From Candidatus Hydrogenedentota bacterium (lineage in GTDB: Bacteria > Hydrogenedentota > Hydrogenedentia > Hydrogenedentales > SLHB01), in the NCBI GenBank assembly GCA_045863335.1, contig BTVY01000005.1, positions 100,718 to 164,717 of the forward strand: a stretch of DNA of 64,000 nt. Reading direction: 5' to 3'. Shown one piece after another: positions 1 through 11,056 of this stretch. A program made the position numbers and the translations under genes. The notes beneath the pieces are model-generated. The model was not told where the DNA came from. It saw nothing but the letters and a program-made list of their open reading frames with translations, and ran no database searches. Positions within the stretch are counted from its first letter, which is position 1, and each line of letters starts with the position of its first letter.

Positions 1-492
1 GGGGATGTACCCGTACTCCGTAGGGCAAACCTTGTCGGGGTTGGTGGCGTAATAAGGGATGCCTTCGCGGAGCAAGAGGCAGGCGCGTTCGAGTTTGGCG
101 TAGGTTAGGGTCCGGTCGAAGGCCAGGATTAGCGCCTCTGGATCGCCGTCGGTGCGCTCGAGTTCCGACGCGTCCACTTCCGCCTCAAAGGATGGTGTGC
201 CCACGACGTAAATCCGACGGTGTGGGGTCTCCTCCAGTAGAAAGCGGATCGTGGCTTCACCCGACGTGAGCACATCACTTGGCGTGGCCGGCACATTCAT
301 GGAGGAGAGCTTCCTGGCGTACCGGGCGGCGTCGGAAGAGCTGTTGTTCGTGAAGAAAAGGTACCGAAGGCCCTTGTCCCGCAGGAAACGGACGAACTCG
401 GGCGCGCCCGGAATTGCGTGCGGCCCCAGGTACACCGTTCCGTCCATATCAAGGAGGAACGTCTGGATCGCCTGCAATGGGTTCGCCGTCAC
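1..492 (-). CDS. HAD-IIA family hydrolase (NagD-like), 3' end runs off the window
   Basis: Not in the ORF track. Manual translation from GTG at 492 gives MTANPLQAIQTFLLDMDGTVYLG...FFTNNSS...ATNPDKVCP, with HAD motif I DxDGT, TNNS and ATNPD. Start overlaps the upstream stop (GTGA). Confidence 0.9.
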   Translation of the reverse strand, partial: MTANPLQAIQTFLLDMDGTVYLGPHAIPGAPEFVRFLRDKGLRYLFFTNNSSSDAARYARKLSSMNVPATPSDVLTSGEATIRFLLEETPHRRIYVVGTPSFEAEVDASELERTDGDPEALILAFDRTLTYAKLERACLLLREGIPYYATNPDKVCPTEYGYIP

Positions 493-1481
493 GGTACGGA
501 ACGCATCGTGGCAAAGCTGGGTATGGCTGGAAACAGATCGCCCGGATACGGTTTGAACTCCACATGTCCGTCCAGATACAGCACATTGATGCCTTGGGGC
601 TCATTGTGCGTAAACGCGGGATTACCGCTCGCGTCTTGCCGGATCGTGTCCCACATAACCGGGATTGTCGGCACCCACGGATAATCGGGTGGTTCATCGG
701 AGCCGAGGTACTGAATGCTGATGCCATGCCATAAGACGGTGATTATGTGGTTCCCGATCCGCCGCTCATAGCCGGCTTGGAGCGGACGCAAATAGACGGA
801 CGCATCGAGTCCGCTGCTGCGGCGCGCTTGGATGTCTTCGTACGACAAGTCCGGGCCGGGCTGGAGAAAAGCGAGTAGGGCCACTATGGCCGCGGGACCC
901 GTTGCGGGAAGCCCATGCGTGATCGCCTGGGGCTGCGAAACGACGGGGTGGCTTGCGTCAAAGGGGTCAATTCTCCATCCGAGATACGTGTAGCTGGCAT
1001 CCCCATTGGTCATGCTGCCCACGTAGTCGCAATCGCCGATCCCGGCGCTTTCCAGAATCCCGAATTGCACCGGATCCAGCCGCCACGGCTTCAGAACAGC
1101 AGGTCCGACCTTCAGAGGTGGCAGCAGGGTGTCGTCATCGGGGCACGCGTACAGGAGGGCGTCGTTCATGTAGTCGGGGAACAAGACCAACTCGTCCGGA
1201 GAGAAATCGAATCCGTCTTCGACGTTCACGCAACCCGGCGCGTTCTCCGCACTGCCGAATACCTCGAAACCGTGGGGGATGGGCCAGCGATAGTCGTTTT
1301 CCAGGCTGTACATCTTGAAGATGGTACCCCACTGCCGGAGGTTGTCCTGGCAGGTCCCGGGATCGTAGGCGTTTATGGAGTTGCGAATGATCGGCAACGC
1401 CAACACGGCACCCACGATGCCGATCGCGAGGATCGCGACAAACTCAACCCAACGTAGCTTGGAACGTTTCTCAGTGTCCAT
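489..1481 (-). CDS. DUF1559 / H-X9-DG prepilin-like protein with degenerate N-terminal cleavage motif
   Basis: Hydrophobic N-terminus, CQDNLRQWG..FKMY, CPDD, and C-terminal [20 protein letters not shown]. Confidence 0.85.
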   Translation of the reverse strand: MDTEKRSKLRWVEFVAILAIGIVGAVLALPIIRNSINAYDPGTCQDNLRQWGTIFKMYSLENDYRWPIPHGFEVFGSAENAPGCVNVEDGFDFSPDELVLFPDYMNDALLYACPDDDTLLPPLKVGPAVLKPWRLDPVQFGILESAGIGDCDYVGSMTNGDASYTYLGWRIDPFDASHPVVSQPQAITHGLPATGPAAIVALLAFLQPGPDLSYEDIQARRSSGLDASVYLRPLQAGYERRIGNHIITVLWHGISIQYLGSDEPPDYPWVPTIPVMWDTIRQDASGNPAFTHNEPQGINVLYLDGHVEFKPYPGDLFPAIPSFATMRSVP

Positions 1482-1690
1482 ACCCTGGAGAGATCCTTAC
1501 CCGTACGAGCCATCGCTTCGTGTGGTGCGCACGAAGGTGTGCGCACAAAACACCCTATTGTCGCAAGGGCCAACACGGCCGTCAAGTTCAATCGGGGACA
1601 TACATCGGGCACGGCCGTTGTTGTACGCGAAGCGCGCTCGCGACGGAGGTCCGTTGTGTTAGCATGGGACGCACGAACCGGAAGGGCTTT

Positions 1691-2695
1691 ATGAAGAAAC
1701 ACGGTTTGAACGAAACAGTGGACATCGTGGTCGTGGGGGCTGGTCCGGCCGCGTTGGGAATCCTGCACGCCGCCAAGCAGGCGAATCTGCACGCAATCGC
1801 CATCGACAAAGGGCCTGTGTGCAGCGCTCTGTGTTCCCACCCCACCTACATGCGTTGGTTTTCCACGACGGACAAGCTCGAGCTGGCGGGATTTCCGCTT
1901 CTTACGACGGAGAAGAATCCCACGCGCCAGGAATACCTCAAATACTGCCGGTCCTTTGTAAAGTACTTCGACCTGAAGATCGTGACGTACTGCGAAGTGC
2001 TGTCGGTGCGGCCGGCGGACGATATCTTCACCATCGTGGGCAAGGATATGTTCGGGAGGGAGTACCTGTGGGCGGCACGAAACGTCGTGATGGCGACGGG
2101 CTTTTACGATAGTCCGCGGTCCATGGGGATTCCCGGGGAAGACTTGCCCAAGGTATCGCATCGATACACGGAGGCCCACTGGTACGCCGATCACGATGTG
2201 ATGGTGATCGGGGCGGGGAGTTCCGCGGCGGAAATTGCGCTGGAATTGTGGCGCAACGGGGCGCGCGTGACCGTGGCCATGCGGGGCGAGCGGTTTCAGA
2301 CCAAGTACTGGATCGAACCGGACATCGAGAACCGGATCAAGGAGGGGTCGATTACCTGCTTCCGCAGGGTGGAGGTCCGGGAGATCCGGCCGGATGACGT
2401 GTTGCTGGAATCGATGGATGGGGGATTCACCATCGTGCCCAACGACTTCGTGCTGGCCATGACGGGGTACGAACCGGACACCTCACTCATCGAGGCCATC
2501 GGCGCCGAGGTGGACAAGGCCTGCGGCAAGCCGGTGTTGTCGGAGCATTTCGAGACCAATGTGCCGGGGCTGTATGTCGCGGGAACCCTCTGTGCGGGCC
2601 AGGAATCGAACATCGTGTTCGTGGAAAACAGCCGGGAACACGGTCCCGCGATAGTGCGTCATATCGCATCCAAACGACGCACTAAGGCAAACTAG
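1691..2695 (+). CDS. ypdA: YpdA-family FAD/NADPH disulfide reductase (putative bacillithiol disulfide reductase)
   Basis: VVGAGPAAL, M.WFST..KLEL, PTRQEYLKY, MATGFYD, IGAGSSA, VLAMTGYEPD, ETNVPGLYVAG, FVENSREH. No CxxC. Start moved to ATG 1691 (track gives 1520). Confidence 0.8.
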   Translation: MKKHGLNETVDIVVVGAGPAALGILHAAKQANLHAIAIDKGPVCSALCSHPTYMRWFSTTDKLELAGFPLLTTEKNPTRQEYLKYCRSFVKYFDLKIVTYCEVLSVRPADDIFTIVGKDMFGREYLWAARNVVMATGFYDSPRSMGIPGEDLPKVSHRYTEAHWYADHDVMVIGAGSSAAEIALELWRNGARVTVAMRGERFQTKYWIEPDIENRIKEGSITCFRRVEVREIRPDDVLLESMDGGFTIVPNDFVLAMTGYEPDTSLIEAIGAEVDKACGKPVLSEHFETNVPGLYVAGTLCAGQESNIVFVENSREHGPAIVRHIASKRRTKAN

Positions 2696-2724
2696 ACCCG
2701 CGAACACCGTAGAGGTTTCCTTTC

Positions 2725-3450
2725 GTGAAATGTCATTTGATTGAAGGCGCGGCAGGGTGTGCCTATGCCATTGAGAATCAGTGTGTTGCCGTAGTGGTGG
2801 ACGCCCTGCGGGCGAGTGCCACGGCAGCGTACCTGTTGCACCATGGCGTAACGGAAATCATTGCGGTGCAGGAAGTTGAAGATGCATTTCGGGCGCGGAA
2901 TCAGTATCCGGACGCACTGCTGGCGGGGGAACGGGGTGGATTGCCTCCGGAGGGGTTCGATCTCGGGAACAGTCCACGCTTAATCGGAGAAGTATCGGGG
3001 CGGCGCGTCATCTTCACGACGACAACCGGCGCCGGGCGATTGGTCGCATGTTATGGCGCGCCAGCCGTTTACATGGGAACGACGGTCAACGCGTCCGCCG
3101 TGGCGAAGGCGGCCAGGGCGCAGGATAGGGATATTGTGCTCATCCCGGCGGGCCTCATGTCGGATCCGAATTTCAACGCCCAGGAGGACTGGGTAGCGGC
3201 TACGGCGATCGCCATGATCCTGAACTTGCCCATTGGCGAGGGCGTAGCCCGGTTCACCCAATGGCGTAAGCGGATTGAAACGGAAGGGGTGGAGGCGCTG
3301 TTTGATACCGCCCCGCACGCGGCCAAACTGAGAAAGGTGGGTCTCGATGCAGACATCCCCTTCTGTGCAAAGTTGGACCGTATCGAAGCGGTACCGAAGG
3401 TAATAGGCTCCGCCGGTTTTGGCGTGACTGTCCAATCCGCCCTGGATTAA
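2725..3450 (+). CDS. comB: 2-phosphosulfolactate phosphatase family protein
   Basis: VVVDALRASAT, LAGERGG..PEGFDLGNSP, TTTTG, ED..AA motifs. Confidence 0.85.
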   Translation: MKCHLIEGAAGCAYAIENQCVAVVVDALRASATAAYLLHHGVTEIIAVQEVEDAFRARNQYPDALLAGERGGLPPEGFDLGNSPRLIGEVSGRRVIFTTTTGAGRLVACYGAPAVYMGTTVNASAVAKAARAQDRDIVLIPAGLMSDPNFNAQEDWVAATAIAMILNLPIGEGVARFTQWRKRIETEGVEALFDTAPHAAKLRKVGLDADIPFCAKLDRIEAVPKVIGSAGFGVTVQSALD

Positions 3451-3627
3451 TCCGCGCTTGTCACTGCCCGAACGCGAGTTGTTTAACGTCGGTGCTGCGG
3501 GAGGCAGTAAGAATTCCCGAACGGGCGCATGAACGCCGACCAAGAAGCCGGACTGTGCCCTTCATTGTTCTGGCTTTCCGGGATCGTTCCGAGTCCGGCG
3601 CAAGTCGCGGCACAACCGATGCATCGG

Positions 3628-4770
3628 TCATTTCTGGTCCAAATAGCGCCAGGTCTTTGAACCGTACGAGTAATGCGCCGACCACCGCTGCGTTCCAGTT
3701 TTGAAGTATTGGCTCACCCAATCAACGCGGCTCTGATAGGAATCACGCGATCGCTTCGCGGAGATCGCGTTGGTGGTGCTGGAAGGGTTATGCCCTACCC
3801 ACCAAATGCTGGTGCCATCGATCTTTTGGTCCAGCACGCCGCCTGCCTGGGAATACAGTTTGAGGATTTCATACCAATCCCCCGGCGTGGTCTTTTCCCA
3901 ATCGCTGGTCTCTACTTCCAAAATCAAATCATAGGAGAGACCAGCCCGGTCGCGGACGCGCACTTCGGCGCGCGTGACGATATCATAAGCCGCTTTGTAG
4001 GCCCACGATTCCGGGTTCTTTATGTCGTAGTTCGCAATGGCCACGATTTCCGGGCTCAAGTGCCATTTGATGAGATCAGGGTTCCACGAATTGACAGCTT
4101 GATACAAGGTAAAATCGCTTGGCTTGGCGAGATTCTGGCCGTAGAGCCAATAGACGGATCGGCGCGCATTCGACAACACACTTTCGGTCCCGTCGGTGTC
4201 GCACGTGATATTGAACAGATACTGCAGGTCATCCGCGGTGGGAGAATACCGGTCAATGAAGTGCGCCAGCGCCACAAGATCACCTGCCCTAGCCGCATTT
4301 CCGAGAGAGACCATGACTTCGGAACGCTGATCTGGATTGTACTTTGCATCGAAGTGGTCGTTTTCGGCTTTCTCGATTCGTCCGAGCGCAGACAAGGCTT
4401 CCTTGTACGAGGCGCCGTCGCGGCCGGCCAGATTGAGGTACTTGGTCAGGTAGCTTCTCGCTTTGCGAGCCATGTCGAGGGCGCTAGACCCCTCACTCGG
4501 GGAATACGCGCGCGCGTAGGTGCTGCCGACGCGGAAATAGAATTCCACTGGCAGGCTTCCGGACAACTTTTCTTCGAGCGACTCGACCTTGGCTAGGGTA
4601 TCTGCGGCTTCTTTCCAGCGCCCTTCATTGGCGTACTCTTCCGCTTGAAGAATCAGCCGGTCGGCTTCGATACTTGGATCTTGAATCCCTTGTGCGAACG
4701 CATGCGCGGCCACGAGACCAGCGAGCACGGGCACAGCGATCTGACGGAGCGAAAACTGCATTTGGATCAC
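3628..4770 (-). CDS. Secreted hypothetical protein with TPR-like N-terminal helices and a possible degenerate ankyrin-like repeat
   Basis: Signal peptide ending AHAFA-Q, helical EADRLILQAEEY...YLNLAGRDGASYKEAL, LGNAARAGDL. GGAGG RBS upstream of the GTG start. Confidence 0.6.
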   Translation of the reverse strand: MIQMQFSLRQIAVPVLAGLVAAHAFAQGIQDPSIEADRLILQAEEYANEGRWKEAADTLAKVESLEEKLSGSLPVEFYFRVGSTYARAYSPSEGSSALDMARKARSYLTKYLNLAGRDGASYKEALSALGRIEKAENDHFDAKYNPDQRSEVMVSLGNAARAGDLVALAHFIDRYSPTADDLQYLFNITCDTDGTESVLSNARRSVYWLYGQNLAKPSDFTLYQAVNSWNPDLIKWHLSPEIVAIANYDIKNPESWAYKAAYDIVTRAEVRVRDRAGLSYDLILEVETSDWEKTTPGDWYEILKLYSQAGGVLDQKIDGTSIWWVGHNPSSTTNAISAKRSRDSYQSRVDWVSQYFKTGTQRWSAHYSYGSKTWRYLDQK

Positions 4771-4781
4771 GACGAACCCTC

Positions 4782-6104
4782 CTAACGAATGCTTCCAAAT
4801 AGACTTCCAATGCCGAGAGCGTCCACTGCCGCGCCGAAGACGTCGGCAAGCTGCGCGTGCCCTTCCGCGTAGTGGTACCGGCCTCCGGTTTCGGAGGCGA
4901 TGCGGCGCAAGTCGCGCGCCGCCGGGGATCCCGAATCGATGCCCAGCCCGATGGTTTCATGCCGAAATGCGATCCCCTTGGATTTCAAAGACGACAACAC
5001 AGCGTTCACGTTTTCGCAGTTGTCATCGCCGTCGGCGAGCAAGATCACGGCGCGCGAGCGATCCGCGGCCTTCGCGTTCCGTTCCATAAAGTTCGCGGCA
5101 TACTCGATCGAGGAGCTGAGCGGGGTGCCACCTCCGGCTTCGATGCCATCGATAAATCGCACAATCGCGCCCCGGTCTGCCGTGAATCCGATGGAGCGAA
5201 TGTCCGGGCTTGCGCAGTCTCCGGTAAAAGTAAGGACCGCGACCTCTGTTTTCCCTAGTCCCACTTGGTCCAATGCAGCTTTTGCGGCGGATTTTGCTGC
5301 GGAAAGTTTTGATCCCTCCATACTGCCGGAGGTGTCGATGAGGAGAAGAAGGGAGGTCTCGATTGAAGATGACTGACTTGCGTGGGAATCCGCGGATGGC
5401 TTCGCGGACGCATCGAATCCAATGAGGTCGGCAACCTTCTTTGGTTCATTCATCTTCTGTTCGGATTGCTGATCTGTGCCCTTGGGCGATTCAGACATCT
5501 TCGCCTTTGAGCTGCCTTGTTTGGCAGAGTCGGTACCGGCGTTCGCCTTGCCGGTCTTGTCACCCCGCCTGGTGGCCTGCAGTTCAATAATCTCAAGGCC
5601 CGAGAGATGGAAGCCCGCGCGAAAGATGTCCTTTGCCAGCTCGGCCGACAGATACTTGCCCGACCTGTCGATGAAGAGCTTGTCCCACGAAGGACTCCCC
5701 GCGACGGTGAGGGAGGCGTACCCTGCGTTGGCCGCCGGAATGATGTCTGGTGAGAACTCGATGAACGCCGTTTGAAAGCCGGTGAGACCCTTGCTGAATA
5801 CCTGGGATCGGAACCGGATGCTTGAGATCGATTCAACCGCTGCGGGTCCGGCATCTGCGGAGTCGGTCCACTTGATGTTGTACTTCTCAGTGGGTTCTTG
5901 CAGGAGCGTGGTGAATTCATACAGGACGCTAATGTTTAGAATCACGTACTCGAGACCGGTCTCGTGATCTGTCCACCAAGCGGGGGCCAACTCCAGTTTG
6001 CCTTTGCCGCCGGGAGGTTGCTGTCCGTGGGCGAGAACGGCGAGCAAGCAGGCGAGTGGTACGATGGTTCTCCGCGCACGGAGCGGCAATAGAACATTCC
6101 ACAT
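4782..6104 (-). CDS. Secreted VWA (von Willebrand A) domain protein
   Basis: MIDAS motif LLLIDTSGSM, GGTPL, ILLADGDDNC, TGGRY. Low-complexity S/K/Q linker. Start refined to ATG 6104 behind a GAAGGAGA RBS. Confidence 0.8.
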   Translation of the reverse strand: MWNVLLPLRARRTIVPLACLLAVLAHGQQPPGGKGKLELAPAWWTDHETGLEYVILNISVLYEFTTLLQEPTEKYNIKWTDSADAGPAAVESISSIRFRSQVFSKGLTGFQTAFIEFSPDIIPAANAGYASLTVAGSPSWDKLFIDRSGKYLSAELAKDIFRAGFHLSGLEIIELQATRRGDKTGKANAGTDSAKQGSSKAKMSESPKGTDQQSEQKMNEPKKVADLIGFDASAKPSADSHASQSSSIETSLLLLIDTSGSMEGSKLSAAKSAAKAALDQVGLGKTEVAVLTFTGDCASPDIRSIGFTADRGAIVRFIDGIEAGGGTPLSSSIEYAANFMERNAKAADRSRAVILLADGDDNCENVNAVLSSLKSKGIAFRHETIGLGIDSGSPAARDLRRIASETGGRYHYAEGHAQLADVFGAAVDALGIGSLFGSIR

Positions 6105-6349
6105 CTGTGGTCTCCTTCGGGTGATGCGCACTGACACGGCAACAGACCGCCTCGGGCACATTCCTCTGAAGCGAATAAACAAATCGTCTTTGGTGGAGAA
6201 GGTGAGGATACGGGAGCCAGGTTACCCGTATTCACCGGGAGCGACTATTCGTTTCTAACGTGCACCTCGAAGGCCACACAGTTTACAGCTCACTAAACTA
6301 AGGGCAGCGGCGGAAGTGCGAATTCTTCCAATCCGGGAGTTGCCGCACA

Positions 6350-6379
6350 AATCAATACCCGAAAACCTCTTGTGTGTCA
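6350..6379 (-). promoter_or_regulatory. Putative sigma70 promoter for the VWA operon
   Basis: Minus strand TTGACA-N17-TATTGA. Confidence 0.4.
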
Positions 6380-6736
6380 AGAACTTTCGGCGTTGGACCC
6401 AATTCTGGCTGACCGTACGCGATGTGATTCAGACCATGATGAAGTTGGTTTAGCCCGCGTTTCTCACCGCCCTGCAACGCCACCTTCGTGACAATGCATC
6501 AGAAGCGGTGAGAAATCCGGGTTGGGACGAACGTCGCGGGAACTCAACATGGGTTGGCCTTGCGCGGGTGGCCCAAGCACCGAGTTTAGCCACATTTCCG
6601 CGTCCGAAACCACAAAGAGCATCGACACGGACACCGGCTTGCCACTAAGTTTCGAAAATGCGGTTGGAGAACTCGAACGAGTCCACCCAATCGTCCGCAA
6701 TGTGCTACAATTCAATCGCATGAAGGGAGGTTTTCC

Positions 6737-6931
6737 ATGGCAGGCGTTTCATCCATAGCGGCGCTGGGAGCGGGGCTGGAGAGTGCCCGGCTGGCGACGG
6801 AGTACCAGGCGCTGGCCCTGCGTAAGCAAGTAGAGGCCCTGAACCTGCAAGGGGACCTCGCGCTGCAGTTGATTCAGTCGGCGGTCATTACCGACTCCGC
6901 CGTCGGGGCGAATCTTGACGTGACCGCGTAG
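6737..6931 (+). CDS. YjfB-like putative motility-associated small protein
   Basis: 64 aa with ALRKQVEALNLQGDLALQLIQS...VGANLDVTA (G..lD..A C-terminus). Strong GGGAGG RBS and an extended -10 TGcTACAAT upstream. Confidence 0.65.
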   Translation: MAGVSSIAALGAGLESARLATEYQALALRKQVEALNLQGDLALQLIQSAVITDSAVGANLDVTA

Positions 6932-7014
6932 AACCTATCCTGTTCCAATCTGAATACCCCTACCCAATCGCCGTTTCGTCGTGTATCCTCCTTCCACGAT
7001 AGGAGGGATGCTCG

Positions 7015-7836
7015 ATGGACCTTGAATTCATTCTGCGGGTGGCGATCTTTGGTGTTGGGGGCATCATTTTCTACCTCATCTTCAGCCGGCTCAATCTGTC
7101 CACCGGCGGGGCGGCGAAGTCGATCCATAAGAACCTGGAAACCTTGTACGCGGGACTCCATGAGTTTCGCGAGGTTACGCCGCGCGAATTTCCCCACATC
7201 GATCCCGCCTTCTACGACGAATGCGAGCGCTGGCTGGCGGGACACGGATTTCGGAAGCTGGGCGATATCGAAGACGTGACGCTGACGAAGGTGTACCCGA
7301 ATCTACGCACCTTTCTTCGGACCTTCGTGAGCCGGGACGGGTCAGTTGTCGCGGCCTGTTACGATATCAAGCCGAAGGGGTGGATGAGGTTGCTGCAGAT
7401 GTGCCGGGTCGTGCCACAGAATTTCCGCACGCTGGATCTGGAGACGGAGTTTGTGAACGGCGCGTTCCTGCGCACGTCGAACGCGCTTGGTAAGCAGCTC
7501 ATGGACGCGCCGCCTTCGATAAGCCAGAACCTGCTGCCCGACACGACGCCGTATCCCGAACTCCTTCAGGCGCACGTTTCCGCAGTGAATGAATGGCGTC
7601 AGGCCGATGAGGGATTCACGCCGCGTCTACACGCAACGCTTGCCGATGTGCTCGCCATGCAACACCGAGAACAGGACATCACGAACGCCTGGCGCAAAGA
7701 GATCGGGTACGTCACCCCGGAAGAGATGAAGCGAATGGCGGGCAAGGGCGGACAGAAGAATGCCGAACAGGTGATGCGCGAGATTGCGAAGATTAACGAG
7801 AAGCGGCGTCCGGGACCGCCGCCGTTGACCCGGTAA
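7015..7836 (+). CDS. Hypothetical membrane-anchored protein
   Basis: 273-aa ORF with N-terminal TM helix, GGGAGG RBS and host-like codon use. Confidence 0.7.
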   Translation: MDLEFILRVAIFGVGGIIFYLIFSRLNLSTGGAAKSIHKNLETLYAGLHEFREVTPREFPHIDPAFYDECERWLAGHGFRKLGDIEDVTLTKVYPNLRTFLRTFVSRDGSVVAACYDIKPKGWMRLLQMCRVVPQNFRTLDLETEFVNGAFLRTSNALGKQLMDAPPSISQNLLPDTTPYPELLQAHVSAVNEWRQADEGFTPRLHATLADVLAMQHREQDITNAWRKEIGYVTPEEMKRMAGKGGQKNAEQVMREIAKINEKRRPGPPPLTR

Positions 7837-7927
7837 ACTACATCCGAAATCCGAAAAAGCGGGAAGCACGTGTCTTCGCGTGGAGAGTCTGTCTACACGG
7901 GAACTCGATCTGTGGTAGGCTGATCGT

Positions 7928-8668
<741 letters not shown>

Positions 8669-8683
8669 CAGGCGGCCCGCGCG

Positions 8684-11056
8684 ATGAAAGTACTCGACAC
8701 GAAGCTGATTCGGACCCTCTGGTGGTCGCGCGGCCAATCCATCGCGGTCGCCATGGTTGTGCTGTCAGGCACGGCATGCTACATCGCGATCGCGTCCGCC
8801 CACAGCAATCTCGTCCTGACGCGCGACTCGTACTACGACCAGTACCGCTTCGCCGATTTCGAGATTCAGCTCGAACGGGCGCCGCTCACGGCGCTATTCA
8901 AGATTGAGTCCCTCCCCGGCGTGCGGCAAGCCCGTGGCCGTATTGTCGAAGACGTGAACCTCGATCTCGAAGGGGAAGACGAACCGCGCATCGGGCGCAT
9001 TGTATCCATGCCGAACCACGATGCGGACGTGCTGAACGACATCATCCTCATGGAAGGACGGTACTTCTCGGAAGGCAAGCAGAATGAGGTGATCCTGAGT
9101 CAGCGCTTCGCACAGGAAAACGGATTGACGATCGGCGACTCCATCGAAGCGTCCATCGACAATAAGAAACACTCGCTGCGCGTGATCGGAACGGCCCTTT
9201 CGCCGGAGTATGTGTACACGATCCGGTCTGTGCAGGAATTGGTACCGAACTTCGAACGCTTCGGGATCCTGTGGGTGAAACAAGACTTCGCCGAAACGGC
9301 CCTCGATATGAACGAGGCCTGCAATAACATAGTCGGGTCTGTGGAGAACCCGGAGGATCTGGACGCGCTGCTGGACAAGGCGGAGGACATCCTCGATCCC
9401 TACGGCGTGTTCGCGAAGGTGAAGCGGGAGGATCAAATCTCCAATCGGTTCATTTCGGACGAAATCAAGGGACTGGAGGTTACGGCGAAGATCATCCCGG
9501 GACTGTTTCAAGGGATCGCGGCACTGATCCTGTTGGTGTTGTTGAACCGGATGGTGCGCAAAGAGCGCACCGAGATCGGGTTGTTGAAGGCCTACGGGTA
9601 TTCCAATTTCGCCGTGGCCTTTTATTACATCAAGTACGCGCTGGTCCTCTCGCTCGCCGGTTGTTTTGGCGGCTTCCTGGTTGGCCAATGGCTCGCGGGC
9701 GCCATGATCAAGTTATACGTGGAATTCTACAACTTTCCGATCCTGCGCTCGCGGATCTACCCCGAGGTGCTCGCGCGATCGGTCGCGATCGGAGTCGTAT
9801 TCGCGACGTTCGGCGCGTTGTCGGCAGCGGTGCGAGCGGCGCGGATCCAGCCCGCCGAGTCCATGCGCCCGGAAGCGCCGAAGTATGCGCACCGGACCCT
9901 GTTTGAGCGCGTTCCGCTCCTGTGGCGCAACCTCTCCTTCACGTGGAAGATGATCGCGCGCAACATGTCGCGGAACGCCTTTCGCGCCTCGCTCAACGCC
10001 TTCGGCGTCATGATCTCTTCGGGAATCCTGATCATGGGCTTCTTCATGCTGGACGCGATGGACTATATGCTTCGTTTCCAGTTCGAACAGGTGCAGCGCG
10101 AAGATGTGAAGGTGAACCTCGAAGCCGAGCGCGGCAAGGATGCCCTGTACGAAGCCATGCGCTTCGACCACGTGCGCTACGCGGAACCGCTTCTCCAGTA
10201 TCCTTTCGAAATTAGAAACGATTGGCGCAAGAAGGACGTGGCCATTATCGGCTTGCCGGACGAAGCGCGTTTGCAGAAGCTGATTAACGCCGATGAAGAA
10301 CCCATCCCTGTCGGCGAGGATGGGCTGGTGCTGAGCAAGCGGCTGGCTCAGGACCTTGGCGCGGGCGTGGGTGATGTCGTGCGGGTCAAACCATTGATGG
10401 GCCGCATTGAGAAAGAACGCGATCTCGTCGTGAGCAAGGTCGTCGAACAGTACCTGGGCTCTTCGGCGTACATGAACATCGACGCGCTGAGCCGCGTGCT
10501 GGATGAACCCTTCGCGATGAACGCGGTCTTGTTGTGCACCGACCGGGGCATGGAAGAATCTCTGAACACCCAACTGAAAGACGTGCCCGGCGTGGCGGCG
10601 GTGGAAATCAAGAGCGAGTCCTTGAAAGGGCTGCAGGACACCATCGAACAGAGCGCACAAATCTCCAACTCGATGATGATCGGGTTTGCGGCGATCATCG
10701 CCTTTGCAATCATCTACAACATCACGTCCATTTCCCTGGCGGAGCGGCAGCGCGAACTGGCGTCGCTTCGCGTGCTCGGATTCTCGCGGCAGGAAGTGGG
10801 CCGAATTCTGTATCATGAGAACTTCGCGTTGGGATTCGTGGGGCTAATCCTGGGGATTCCGTTCGGGATCGGTGTGTGCCGGTTGCTTGTGAATGCCTAC
10901 GACAACGAGTTGTACCGGCTTCCCTTTCACATCTCGAACTCGACCTATATTACCGCGACGGTGTGCTCGATCATCTTCGTGGTTATCGCCAATCTCGCCG
11001 TGCGGCACAAGATCAATCGTCTCGACATGGTGGAGGTTCTGAAAGAGCGTGAGTAA
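8684..11056 (+). CDS. ABC transporter permease, duplicated FtsX/MacB type
   Basis: Two FtsX repeats (ERTEIGLLKAYGYS; ERQRELASLRVLGFS) with large periplasmic loops. Confidence 0.92.
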   Translation: MKVLDTKLIRTLWWSRGQSIAVAMVVLSGTACYIAIASAHSNLVLTRDSYYDQYRFADFEIQLERAPLTALFKIESLPGVRQARGRIVEDVNLDLEGEDEPRIGRIVSMPNHDADVLNDIILMEGRYFSEGKQNEVILSQRFAQENGLTIGDSIEASIDNKKHSLRVIGTALSPEYVYTIRSVQELVPNFERFGILWVKQDFAETALDMNEACNNIVGSVENPEDLDALLDKAEDILDPYGVFAKVKREDQISNRFISDEIKGLEVTAKIIPGLFQGIAALILLVLLNRMVRKERTEIGLLKAYGYSNFAVAFYYIKYALVLSLAGCFGGFLVGQWLAGAMIKLYVEFYNFPILRSRIYPEVLARSVAIGVVFATFGALSAAVRAARIQPAESMRPEAPKYAHRTLFERVPLLWRNLSFTWKMIARNMSRNAFRASLNAFGVMISSGILIMGFFMLDAMDYMLRFQFEQVQREDVKVNLEAERGKDALYEAMRFDHVRYAEPLLQYPFEIRNDWRKKDVAIIGLPDEARLQKLINADEEPIPVGEDGLVLSKRLAQDLGAGVGDVVRVKPLMGRIEKERDLVVSKVVEQYLGSSAYMNIDALSRVLDEPFAMNAVLLCTDRGMEESLNTQLKDVPGVAAVEIKSESLKGLQDTIEQSAQISNSMMIGFAAIIAFAIIYNITSISLAERQRELASLRVLGFSRQEVGRILYHENFALGFVGLILGIPFGIGVCRLLVNAYDNELYRLPFHISNSTYITATVCSIIFVVIANLAVRHKINRLDMVEVLKERE

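Noticed and set aside
6460-6515. 11-bp inverted repeat TTTCTCACCGC/GCGGTGAGAAA
   Set aside because: Single occurrence with a 34-nt spacer; cannot be assigned to an RNA or element family.
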